A DNA stretch of 64,000 nt, taken from the NCBI RefSeq assembly GCF_026571515.1, contig NW_026859498.1, positions 1 to 64,000 on the forward strand, written 5' to 3'. This DNA comes from Ruditapes philippinarum (Eukaryota). The notes under the pieces were generated by a model. That model was given only the letters and a program-made list of their open reading frames with translations, had not been told where the DNA came from and made no database searches. Positions 1-12,000 of this stretch are shown one piece after another. The first letter of the stretch is position 1. Every line of letters starts with the position of its first letter. The translations under genes and the position numbers were made by a program.

Positions 1-876
1 GGCCGACAATTTCTTATTTTATAAAAAAAGGCTAAATAAAAGGTAGACGATATTCATAAAAGATGTACGGTATTTGTACGATACATGAATTACGGGTAGT
101 ATGGACCAGTATGGACCGGTAATTCACGCATATATGGAACTAACCGATTTCCCTCATTGATGCCTCAACAGGGGGCGGAGCGTTATCGATAATTGACAGG
201 TTACGCGAATAGCAGATAAAAATGGTACAGGTACCGTTTTAAAACGTTTAAAAACACATTTTTTGGACTAACTACTTCCAAAATTAAATCACGAATGTGT
301 TCAGAAAAGGTTGATAAATCTACTAAGCAAAAAATCTCATTTTAGGTATTTTCAGTGATAATTGACTCCGTTGTCACCTTAAATGCAGCACTACATTGTC
401 TGGGGGTCTTTTTTTCCATGTGCGGCTTCTAAAAAAGCAACAGTTAGCACATTTAAATCCTGTTTCAAGCGGAATCTTGGAGAGCAGATCAAAATTTTCC
501 TTGCACAGATGCTGAAGGTTTGGATTATCACTTAAGGTGAATAGCAGTGTATCTTTGTTTAACAAAATGCTTGATTGGCTTCACGTGGTCCCATACTCCA
601 GGACGACTATGCTTTAAATTGTCTTCCGTTGCCTGTGTTCATAACTCTTTTATGCATGCTAATTTTGGTTTGGGAGGAACCAAAACATGCTTTGTACTTC
701 AGAAGCATATTTTTTTTGACCTAGGGTCATGAAACTTTACGGGAATGTTGATCAGCATGTGAAGTTGTGAACCTGGGATTTCGCTTGTGGATTAATTCTG
801 TTTTGTCAGAGTTATTGCCCTTTACTTAGTAAAATAGTAATATTTTTGACTTGTGGCACATGTAGCCCAAAAAATA

Positions 877-1950
877 TTTATACCCCGCACAACAAAATTG
901 TAAAAGTGGGTATACTGGAATCAGCTTGTCCGTCTGTATTCCTGTCTGCCAAATAACTTAAGAATCCTTTAACCTACAGTCTTCATATTTGGCATGGATG
1001 TTAGTCATAACCATCAGATGACCTTTCTTGATTTTGAGGTCACCAGGTCAAAGGTCAAGGTCACAAGGGCCTTGACTAAAAAAGCTTGTCATCCTATAAC
1101 TTAAGAATCCTTTGACCCACAATCTTCATCTTCAGCCTCGAGATCAGTGACAGTCATGACTATTAGATGACCTGTATTGACTGTAAGGGTGCAAGGTCAA
1201 AGGTCAAGGTCACAGGGGCCTTGACTAAAAAGAGCTTGTCCACCCAATTAGGTTAAAACCCTTTGACCCAGTCTTCATATTTGGCATGGAGGTTAGTCAT
1301 GTTTATTAGATGGCCTGTATTGATTTTTAGGTCACTTGGTCAAAGGTCAAGGGCACGGACCTTGACCTCAAAAAGCTTGTCTGCCCAAAAACCTAAGAAT
1401 CCTTTGACCCACAGTCTTCATGTTTGGCTTGAAGGTTGGTCATGACCATTTGGTGACCCATGTTGATTTTGAGGTCACTGGGTTCAAAAAGCTTGTCCGC
1501 TTATTTGCTAAAGAATGCATTGGTCAACAGTCTTCATATTTTATATTGAGGTTGGTTTTAACTAGTAGATGACCCTTATTGATGTTGAGGTCACTAGGCC
1601 AAAGGTCAGAAGGCCCTTGACTAAAAATAGCTTGTTGTGCAATAACTAAAAAATCCTTTGACCTTCAGTCTTCATATATGACATGGAGGTTGATCATGAC
1701 CATTTAGTTATCCCTATTGATTTGGAAGTCACTGAGTCAAAGGTCAAGGTCACAGGGGCCTTAAGTTCAAAAAGCTTGTCCGCTCAATTGCTTAAGAATG
1801 CTTTGGTCAACAATCTTCATATTTAGTTTATAAGATGACCCCTATTGATATTTAGGTAAATGTGTCAAAGGTCAAGGTCACAGGAGCTTTTACAACTGAA
1901 CAATAAGCGTGTCTGCTCAAATGTTTCAGAGTACTTGCCCACAGTGTATA
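877..1950 (+). mobile_element. Helentron-associated non-autonomous element (HINE/DINE-like) with ~7 internal ~143-bp tandem repeats; 3' end interrupted
   Basis: Starts TTTATACCCC..GGGTATAC (short inverted repeat), then a GTCC/GTCT microsatellite remnant and tandem units carrying AGGTCAAAGGTCAAGGTCACA. Family assignment is from the known HINE architecture. 700-876 looks like a remnant of another HINE-type repeat. Confidence 0.65.
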
Positions 1951-1952
1951 GA

Positions 1953-3539
1953 TTTTTAAGCTCACCAGAGCCGAAGGCTCAGGGTGAGCTATTAGTATCA
2001 CAGGGGGATACTCCGGCTGTAGCATCCTTGTGGCAGTCACACTTGAATTTGCTCATGTCATTTCAATTGGCCCCTTTTAGGGGACAAAAGAGCTAAAATA
2101 GAAAAACCTTTAAACATCTTCTCCTACAGAACTAATGGATGGATGATAACCAAACTTTGTCTGTAGCATTCTTGGGTAGTGTTTTATCAAGTTTGCTCAT
2201 ATTAATTTGATTGGCCCCTTTAAGGGGTCACTTAGGCTAAAAATAGTAAAAACCTTTAGACATCTTCTACAGAACTGATGGATGGATGATCACCAAATTT
2301 TGTCTCTATCATTCTTTGGTAGTCTTTTATCAAGTTTGCTCATATTAATTTGATTGGCCCCTTTTAGGAGCTGTTAAAGCTAAAAATAGAAATTACTTTA
2401 AACATCTATATCTAGAGAACTAATAGATGGATTATCACTTTGTCTGTAGCATTCTTTGGAAGTCTTAAATCAAGTTTGTTAATATTATTTTCATTGGCCC
2501 CTTTTAGGGGTCTCTAGGGCTAAAAATAGAAAAACCTTTTAACATCTTCTCCTACAGAACTAATTGATGGATGATCACCAAACTCTGTCCGTAGCATCCT
2601 TGGGTAGTGTTTTATCAAGTTTGCTCATATTAATTGGATTGGCCCCTTTTAGGGGTCTCTAGGGATAAAAATAGAAAAAAGCTTTTAAACATTTTCTCCT
2701 ACAGAAGTAATTGATGGACGATCACCAAACTTTGTAATGTAGCATTCTTACGTAGTGTTTTATCAAGTTTGCTAATATTTATTTGATTGGCCCCTTTTAG
2801 GGGCCACTAAAGCTAAAAATAGAAATACCGTTAAATGTCTATTTCTAGAGAACTAATTGATGGATGACCACTAAACTTTGTCTGTAGCATTCTTGGGTAG
2901 TCTTTTATCAAGTTTGCTAATATTATTTTGATTGGCCCCTTTTAGGGGCTGGAAAAGCTTAAAATAGAAATACCTTTAAATGTCTATTTCTACAGTACTA
3001 ATTTATGGATGATCACCAAACTTTGTCTGTAGCATTCTTTGGTAATCTTTTATCAAGTTTGCTCATATTTATTTGATTGGCCCCTTTTAGGGGCCGCTTA
3101 AGCTAAAAATAGAAAAAAACCTTTACACATCTCCTACTTCAGAACCAATTGATGGATGATCACCAAACTTTGTCTGTACCATTCTTGGGAACTCTTTCAT
3201 CAAGTTTGGTTATATTAATTTGATAAGCCCCTTGTAGGGGCCACTTAAGCTAAAAATAGAAAAAACCTTCGAACATCATTTCCTACTGAAATAATTGATA
3301 GATGATCACCAAACTTTGTAATATAGCATTCTTAGGTAGTCTTTTATTAAGTTTGCTCATATTATTTGATTAGCCCCGTTTAAGCTAAAGCTTTAATGCC
3401 CCAGGTCATGGCATTTCTTCAAATTATATTGTTTAAACATATTCTATGCTCAAGTTTAATATGAAAATATATTGACATTCCAACACTGAAAAGCAGTTGT
3501 TTCTGGTGAGCGACTTAGGGCCATCATGGCCCTCTTGTT
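1953..3539 (+). mobile_element. Complete HINE-type element carrying ~9 copies of a ~145-bp satellite
   Basis: 5' TTTTTAAGCTCACC-AGAGCCGAAGGCTC-AGGGTGAGCT hairpin. TTGGCCCC landmark recurs every ~145 bp (2067 to 3370). 3' subterminal GGTGAGC, then hairpin AGGGCCATCATGGCCCT and CTTGTT end. Confidence 0.8.
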
Positions 3540-3924
3540 GAGTATTTGGGATTCATTCGGCTGCTTTTTTTTAGATCCTCTGTACTTACTACAATGTTTA
3601 CATTTTAGCCTCAATTGTTCTGGAATTTCATTCAGTACACGAATTATCGGGTAAGAATTTGGAAATTTGTCCCTTGTCATCGTGAGAGGTTAGTACAAGA
3701 AGAATTACAAAAAAGAAGTTCTATCCTTAAATTAATGCATTACCTCCGCTTTGAAGAGTATTCAAATAGGCTAGAATTTCTGCAACCTGCATGGAAGCTG
3801 AGGGGCGTCGGTTCAAACCCCAGAAGGGGCAACTTTTTTTTCTCTTTTTAACATTATTTATCATGTATCTCTCAGATCCCTTATGAAAGAAGAACGTGTT
3901 TGATTTTAATTATATCATTATTGT

Positions 3925-4464
3925 ATAGAGGATATTTGTTTGTTTGTGTGTAAACAGCTAGGGAAATGGAAAACTTGATAGCTGGCTTAGGAACGCTGGG
4001 TTGTTTACTTATTATTCGAGCTGATGGCTGTCATTGCTTTAAACACTGATAAAGCATAGGGCAGTTATTGCTCATAGGATATTTTAATATGCCCAAATGT
4101 CATCAAGAGCAGTTTTGCAAATGGAAGGAATGTATTTTCCAGACTGTAAAAATGAAACAAAAAAATTAAGAGACGAACTTTGGTGATTGGCATTTGAATG
4201 AATAGAAGTAAGTTTTCTTCTTTTTATTACTTTCGACATTTAAGTTATTTATTAATTTCAGCGTTGCTTTATCTTTAAACAGCCTGACATTGTCAGAATT
4301 GTCATCAAAAGAAAAAATAATTGAGGTACCACATGGGGAAAATCTTAAAAAAGTAGTTTCGTCATTGAAAAGTGTGAAATTATATTTTGATAATTTTCAC
4401 TTTGAAATTATCAGATATAATTTTCACGGATAAATCAGTAATCCACTAAAAAGCATAAAATAAA
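3925..4464 (+). mobile_element. Degenerate Crypton-like (TATAGAGGATATT-start) non-autonomous element
   Basis: Same 5' end as 17155 (TATAGAGGATATTTGTTTG). Its 3' end CCACTAAAAAGCATAAAATAAA resembles 24130-24150. Confidence 0.4.
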
Positions 4465-5724
4465 GCTATTTATTAACTAAATAATGCCAAAATAGCAAAT
4501 ATTGAACCAGATATTTTTAAAGTCTAATGAAATAAAATCTACACGGTAAAAAGTATTTTATATTTTGAAAACAGCCTCTCATTATGGTAAATTTAAGGGA
4601 TATTTTTAATAAGAATTTTTAAATAAGGAAATGGTCAAACAAGTGTTTAAAGTCAGTGGGGTAGGGTAACATTTTTATATATACATGTATTAAAATATTT
4701 GTAGAAACAATCATTTTGCTTGTGTGATTTTTTACTTAAATGTTATTTTTTTTGTTTCTTAATTAAATGATCAATAGGAAAACATTTTTCATAATGATAA
4801 TGTTGATTATTGAGAGTTTCCTCATTTCTGAAAAAAGCCCTTCTAATACATGTAGCTTAGTTTTAGTTCAGGAAAATGTCCATAACTCATAAACCAAACG
4901 GATTTTCTTTAAATTTCGCATACATGTGTCCTTTAAGGCATATAACTGTCCCATGTTGTCAATTTTAAAGTTCCTTATAGTGCCCATTATGGGTTGTTTA
5001 CCTTAAATATAGTATTTAAGTTTATGGATTCAAGAAATAATAGCCTTCACACATTAAGATTTGCTTGCCTTAGTTTTCATAGGTGCTGTACTTCTACATC
5101 CTTCCATCTGTTCAGGCCTTTACACTGCCTAAAGGCCATATAAATATTTTCTATAGTTAGTACAAGAACATACATTTATTTTTACATGGATTTATTTATT
5201 AGTAAATATGTTTATTTATTTATTTGCTCTTTACACTAAATTGTCGTATGTATCAGATACATTAACTTGTATTTTCTTCAAAAATGTCTTCTTACAGACC
5301 TGTAGGAGGCCTTTCGCTAGGACAAACAACAATTAATATCCAGCTTCGTAGCGAAACTGTCTTAATTCTTATGTCTTATGTTAAGAAAAACCATATCCAT
5401 TACATATATAACAGGTCAAAAACATTTTTACAGCCATGCTGTCAATTATAATACGGGACAATTGGGCATAAGACCTACTTTAGTTTACCCCCCCCCCCCA
5501 ATGTACAGATCAGATAGCCTTGTGTTTCGATGCTCTTTCTATTACTTATTGATCTATATGAATAGCGTAATTTCTCGCTGATTAGGTTTACGATGCAGTT
5601 TCAATACATATCTCGATCATTAAAATTCGCTTTTTGCATGTTTACTTATATTTAATATCAAAATAGATTTTACATGTGATCATAAAATAATTCATCCTTG
5701 ACATGATCGTACATCATACCCATT

Positions 5725-6352
5725 TATAAACGTTATGCCTGCCCAAGCAAAATAAAGTGCCCTTTAATACATGTCCGCGTCGAAAGAAAATCACTATATT
5801 TGATGTACTAGCTGAGCTAATAATTGGCTTAACTTCTCAAGGTATGTGTGCAATTTTTCAATATTTATGTAAAGCCGTGAAATTTAATCTGTGTGGATTG
5901 AATTAATATATGAAATATACGTGTATAAAAAAATATTCGTTAAAGTGCATGGATGAGGTAGAAGAAGTATTTTATTTTCGAATTTGATATTTTTTGACCC
6001 ACAAATTTTATGACAATCTCAAATTTGAAAGGTGAAAATAATTGGAAGGGAACAAATGCTAAAACACACTATATTTTCACACATTTCTTTATATTCAAAC
6101 GAAATTTTAAATGAAATCATGTGCATTTTTTTTCATCAATATCTCGCGTTAATTTGGAATATTTAGAAAGATTTGTCTTATCTGTTGTTTTTGTGCACTT
6201 TTTCTAGGAATATACGATACAAGTGGGAGAATACACTTACGCACATGTATTTTCTCTTCTGTTTTGTCTTTTAGAATTGCTTTGTCCCCTATTCTATATG
6301 TATATATATATAAGGTATAAGAGTAATTTACATTTGCTTTTCAGATTGCACC
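5725..6352 (+). promoter_or_regulatory. Putative TATA box, 5' non-coding exon and 5'UTR intron of the GMC gene
   Basis: TATAAA at 5725-5730. Donor AG|GTATGT (intron starts 5842). Acceptor TTGCTTTTCAG ends at 6344. Kozak-like GCACCATGG at the start codon. Confidence 0.5.
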
Positions 6353-8146
6353 ATGGCAATGCTAAGAATGGCTGTGTTCATTATTCTTGTAGCTTTCGCC
6401 TACAATTATTATCGATCAAAAAACAAAAACAAATTGGCTGTACTTGAAGGCGTTCCTGACGACGTGTATGATTACGTCGTCATTGGTGCAGGATCGGCAG
6501 GTTCCGTACTAGCCGCGAGACTTTCCGAAGATAAAGACTCTAAAGTGCTCCTGATTGAAGCTGGTGGGCACTATGATGAAAGTGAAAATTTCCATATTCC
6601 GCTTCTTTGGACCCTTTCTCAAAAGACTAAATACGACTGGGAATTCTATACTGAGCCACAGACTCAGTCTTCACAAGGTCTCAAGGATAAACGCGCGTTT
6701 TGGCCACGTGGAAAAGTTCTCGGTGGAACAAGCATTCTAAACGCTATGCAGTATACGCGAGGCAGTCCCTTTGACTTTGACGAATGGAAGGCTGCCGGTT
6801 GTGAGGGATGGGGCTATGAAGATGTTCTGCCATACTTTCTAAAGGCTGAGGATATACAAATAACGGAGTTAGAAACATCTAAATATCACAGCAAAGGTGG
6901 TCCTTTGGCAGTTTCAAATGGACACATAACACCTCTAACGGATGTGTTCACAAGAGCCGGCCAAGAACTAGGATACAACGTAACTGATTACAACGGAGAA
7001 GATCAGGAAGGATTTAGCATAGTTCAAAAGACAATTAGAAATGGGGTCCGTAGTAGTACTGGCCTAGAATATCTAGGTAGAGCCAATGGAAGACAAAATC
7101 TGCATATTTCAATAAACACTTTAGCTACTAAAATTGAAGTTATAAATAAGCGAGCTGTTGGAGTTTTCTATATAAAAGACAGCAAGAAAAGATACGTAAA
7201 AGCCAGAAAAGAAATAATCTTATCAGCGGGAGCTGTAAACTCGCCACACTTGCTTATGCTGTCGGGAATTGGTCCTGAAAAACATCTAAAAGAGATGAAT
7301 ATACCGCTGGTTGCTAATTTACCAGTTGGGGAAAACCTACAGGATCATGAAATGGTGTTTTTGTTCAGCGACATTAACAAACCGTTCAGCGTGACGGTCG
7401 ACATGGCAACTAGCTTTTGGAATTTAGCAAAATATTATCTGTTTGGAGAAGGACCTTTGGCATATGCCGGACTTGACGGTTCAGCTTTTTTACATCTTGA
7501 CAAAACACAGAAAGGGAAAACATACCCTGATATTCAAATTATTTTCTTTTCGTTTCTGTTTCGTGATAATATCTTCAACTTTAACGATGTATTGGCAGAA
7601 GAACTTCTAGAAAAGGACGGTTTTAAGCATGGTTTTACTACAGATATATGTCTTACACGCCCAAAGAGTAAAGGACGTATAACGCTTAAGAGCAAAGACC
7701 CTTTTGATTATCCAAAGATCGACTCTGGTTATCTTACAGATAAGGCCGATATCAAGACATTTCTTGGAGGAATAAGAATCTGGGAGAAACTCACGACCAC
7801 TAAAGCTTTCCAAGACCTAGGTGTTAACATCAATCAGATACAAAAGAAATTCTGTTCGCAACATAAATACCGGTCGGACGAATACTGGGAATGCTTTGTC
7901 CGACATTCCGCATTGACAGAATACCATCATTCGGGAACATGTAAAATGGGAGCAGCGAATAATCCAACAGCAGTTGTCGACCCTGAATTGAAAGTGAAAG
8001 GTATTCAAGGTTTAAGGGTTGCAGATGCTTCAATATTTCCAAACGTCACCTCGGGAAATACAAATGCTCCCGTGATAATGGTTGCCGAGAAAGCGGCGGA
8101 CATGATTCTTGGAATTGACACGGTAGATAAATTTAGATCAGAGTAA
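6353..8146 (+). CDS. GMC (glucose-methanol-choline) oxidoreductase, glucose dehydrogenase [FAD, quinone]/choline dehydrogenase-like, 597 aa, single coding exon
   Basis: N-terminal hydrophobic signal anchor. FAD motif DYVVIGAGSAGSVLAARLSE. RGKVLGGTSILNAM, EIILSAGAVNSPHLLMLSGIG, VGENLQDH. Catalytic YHHSGTCKMG and GNTNAP (His/Asn pair). AATAAA at 8185-8190. Confidence 0.95.
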   Translation: MAMLRMAVFIILVAFAYNYYRSKNKNKLAVLEGVPDDVYDYVVIGAGSAGSVLAARLSEDKDSKVLLIEAGGHYDESENFHIPLLWTLSQKTKYDWEFYTEPQTQSSQGLKDKRAFWPRGKVLGGTSILNAMQYTRGSPFDFDEWKAAGCEGWGYEDVLPYFLKAEDIQITELETSKYHSKGGPLAVSNGHITPLTDVFTRAGQELGYNVTDYNGEDQEGFSIVQKTIRNGVRSSTGLEYLGRANGRQNLHISINTLATKIEVINKRAVGVFYIKDSKKRYVKARKEIILSAGAVNSPHLLMLSGIGPEKHLKEMNIPLVANLPVGENLQDHEMVFLFSDINKPFSVTVDMATSFWNLAKYYLFGEGPLAYAGLDGSAFLHLDKTQKGKTYPDIQIIFFSFLFRDNIFNFNDVLAEELLEKDGFKHGFTTDICLTRPKSKGRITLKSKDPFDYPKIDSGYLTDKADIKTFLGGIRIWEKLTTTKAFQDLGVNINQIQKKFCSQHKYRSDEYWECFVRHSALTEYHHSGTCKMGAANNPTAVVDPELKVKGIQGLRVADASIFPNVTSGNTNAPVIMVAEKAADMILGIDTVDKFRSE

Positions 8147-8999
8147 CTTCTGATGCAGCTTTATTCATTAGCATGTATGACATCAATAAAATTACAAAAG
8201 AAAATGTATCTGTCAAAAAAGCTTAATGCCAAAAGGCTAAAACACCATTTATTACATGTCCAGAATACAATTGATTGTAATAATTGCGGAATTGATACTG
8301 TACTTGTCAGAATTACATAATAAAAAATTATGTAACTGCATAGTCATTTTTAACAATTTTGCACTTTCAATCAGTTTGAAACTTTGTGTCGGTTAGCTAC
8401 TGCCGCAAAGTATCTCACACTCAAAATAAGTACACATCAAGTTTAGTCAATTAAACAACACAATTTAGTAAAGACTGTTTCAATAAAAGATATGTATTAC
8501 AAATATGTACTTTCAAGCATATTCAACCGTCGCTTGATGTAACAAAGGCCGCACTGCATTGTTTACTGTGGAAACGATTATTTTCATTTTTTAAAGTGAC
8601 ATTATGCCCGTCGAAGGGTAAATAGTGAGCGGACAAGTGAAAGTCAGAATAAAGGTACAGTTTGCCATTATTCCATTCAATTTTGTGATTTACTCCACAT
8701 GTACGATCAATTACATACGTAGTTCAATGAAGTTTCAGTAAAAAAACAATGGAGTTTGCATGTAACATTCAGTTTATAATTAGAGTTGGGAAGTCTGTTT
8801 GTCAATTACCATTACAACAATCTTTCTATGAAATTCTTTGAAATTCAAATATATCGTCAATTCAGCTCAACTAGACAATGATAAAGTGAGCATATAATGC
8901 CACATTAAGATACTTCAATGTTTATCCTAGTAAAAAGTGAGCATAGTGTTACTTTAAGATACTTTAATGTTTATACTAGTAAAAAGTGAGCATAGTGTT

Positions 9000-11875
9000 C
9001 ACACTGGCCATAGCTTTCGCAGAAGCGTGACTCTACCGCAGCGACGGTGGAGTATTCGTCGCAGAAGCGGTGGATAAAATATGGCCGTTTGTTGTTTTCG
9101 GTAAGTAAATGACTGAATTTTGTTTATGTTTTAATGTTTTACTGGAAACACTCAGTGAGACTGGAGCCCACATATGTACTCTTTCAACCTATTACACGGA
9201 CACGGTGCAATTCATTGCCGTTTATGCAAACACTTCAGTACAGTTTGATGAGGGACGCCACTTTTGCCTAATTTTGGTTAAAACACATACAAATGTGTGC
9301 AAAACGACCCCATAATACATCGGCATCACATCGAATCAATGTTATTTTTACAAATTAACCATAATTTGGAAAATTGGGAAATTATTATTGCCTGTTTATA
9401 AAATAAATGACAAAAATGTTTTTGTCGCAGACGGCGGTGGATTCGATTGCAACGCAGTGCGGTGGGCCCGATACCATTTTTGTATATTTTAAGAATTTAA
9501 CTTTTCTTACTTTGACATCTGAGAAACGTGTTTATTTGATGTTTAAAACGATATTAATTATTAATCCTCTCGTACAAATATATGTCCGAGGTCAGCTTTC
9601 ATTTTCCTTCCATTGAAAATTACTTCAGCCATAATTATCATAGAATAATCCACGTTCAACAATTTATTGCGGGTTATTACTAAGTATCAAGTATTTTTGA
9701 GTGTGAATGCACCATTCCAGTTGAAAAGCGCAGGAAAGTAAGAATATATATAGTGCCCTTTATCATATTTGTATTTCCAAGTTCATATTAGGGTTCATGC
9801 ATTTGACAACCCGCACCGTAGAGGAAACGGCGGAAACAAAGAGTCATAATATTTGACCTTGATGCACCACCGAATGGAAATTTGGCGACGTGCAGGGAAT
9901 TCCACAAATGTGATGAATCCAGCAAAAATATCACGTGCCAGACATTTACATGTTATACGTGATCACGTGTTATACCTTATAACCAATGCCGATTTCTGAC
10001 TTATTAAAAGCGGCATGGCAGGTATATATATATATGCATATATTTTTGCATTACGGCAAATGAGTTATAAAAAAACATAAAGTTAACACATATTTATGGC
10101 TTTTTCGAGAGTATCATATTAGTTATAAAGATTTTGAAAGACTATACAATATGGCCGTATATAAACGGTTGTTTGAAAATACATGTATAATACATAAACA
10201 TACAATTTCTTATTAAATAAACAGCAGTCGTGTATATAAATATAAAATTATAAACTTTATAATACTGCATGTTTGTAACGTATTTTTTCATTGGAAAATC
10301 GAGACGTTTATTTAATTATAGAGCTTTTTGGTTGATTTGTAACTTTAATTTCTGATTTTTACACACATGTACAAGTATTATTAAGAATTTCGATAGCTAT
10401 TAATATTGCGAACAACCGTTAATATACGACCATATAACCTGTTGGATTTATTTATAACGAACTCATAATACATCATGCATTTTTGATAGAAAAAAAGAGA
10501 TAATTTCATAAATCGACGGCAGCCATGTATTTAAAAAGTACATTGTATGTATATAAACGTCACGGTTATCCAATGAAAAGTGACGTAACAAACGTGCAGT
10601 ATTATAAACACATACACGCAAAATTAAGGAGGTTCAATATAATTATGTTCTTTAAATTAAGCATGATGCTAGAATATGATAACATAAACATTTAGAGCGG
10701 AAAAGAAACTTAGGGGTCACCGATCTCATTTCCTGTACGTGAATTTGATTTTTTCCTTAACTGTGGTTATTTCAAGGTCATATTACTTAAATGTAAGTCT
10801 GAAAAATCTTTTTTCTCTCGCTTATTATGTTCTTTACTATATTTGTGTACATTTTTAAAGAAAGACTTATTTCCATAAAATACTTCTATTACCTTTTTTA
10901 AAATTTCATTTCATACTTTAAAATTCTTTAAACATATACCATATTTGAAACCATTCTTTTGGATAAATGTCACAATTTAAGAAAAAGAAGAAAACCTAAA
11001 GCTATTAAACGCGTAGGTCTTTACTAAACTCTTACGCTGTAAACATAAAATTTATTTATATTGGTGTTCTCACTAAATGGTAATATAACACAGTGACATT
11101 AAAAACTGAGGTTGTTTTTCGAGTATCTCTTATATGTCTGTATGACAAAAAAATGAACTTACGGTCTTTTTAAGTCCAAGGTTGAACGTGGATTATTCAA
11201 TGATAATTATGGCTGAAGTAATTTTCAATGGAAGGAAAATAAAAGCGGACATATATTTGTACGAGCGTATATATAATAATTAATATCGTTTTAAACATCA
11301 AATAAGCACGTTTCTCAGATGTCAAAGTAAGAAAATGGCTGTACTCAATTGAAAAATGCCTTACGTCAAGTTAAATTCTAAAAATATACAAAAATGGTAT
11401 CGGGCCCACCACACTGCGTTGCAATCGAATCCACCGCCGTCTGCGACGAAAAATTTTTTTGTCATTTATTTTATAAACAGGCAATAATAATTTCCCAATT
11501 TTCCAAATTATGGTTAATTTGTGAAAGTATCATTGATTCGATGAGATGCCGATGTATTATGGGGTCGTTTTGCACACATTTCTATGTGTTTTAACCAAAA
11601 TTAGGCAAAAGTACCGTCCCCTCATCAAACTGTACTGAAGTGTTTGCATAAACGGCAATGAATTGCACCGTGTCCGTGTAATAGGTTGAAAAAGTACATA
11701 TGTGTGCTCCAGTCTCACTGAGTGTTTCCAGTAAAACATTAAAACATAAAACAAAATTCAGTCATTTACTTACCGAAAACAACAAACGGCCATATTTTAT
11801 CCACCGCTTCTGCGACGAATACTCCACCGTCGCTGCGGTAGACCCACCGCTTCTGCGAAAGCTATGGCCAGTGTG
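9000..11875. mobile_element. Non-autonomous Transib/RAG-like DNA transposon with ~660-bp TIRs
   Basis: Ends CACACTGGCCATAGCTTTCGCAGAAGCG / CGCTTCTGCGAAAGCTATGGCCAGTGTG. 5-bp TSD GTGTT at 8995-8999 and 11876-11880. TIR arms ~9000-9660 and ~11181-11875. No transposase ORF. Confidence 0.8.
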
Positions 11876-12000
11876 GTGTTACTTTAAGATACTTCAATGT
11901 TTATCCTAGTAAAAAGTGAGCATAGTGTTACTTTGAGATACTTCAATGTTTATACTAGTAAAATGTGAGCATAGTGTCACATTTAGATACTTCGATCAAT

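Noticed and set aside
9660-11180. RAG1/RAG2 or Transib coding remnant in the element interior
   Set aside because: No ORF of 60 aa or more and no recognisable motif; only a nested inverted remnant at ~10120-10465.
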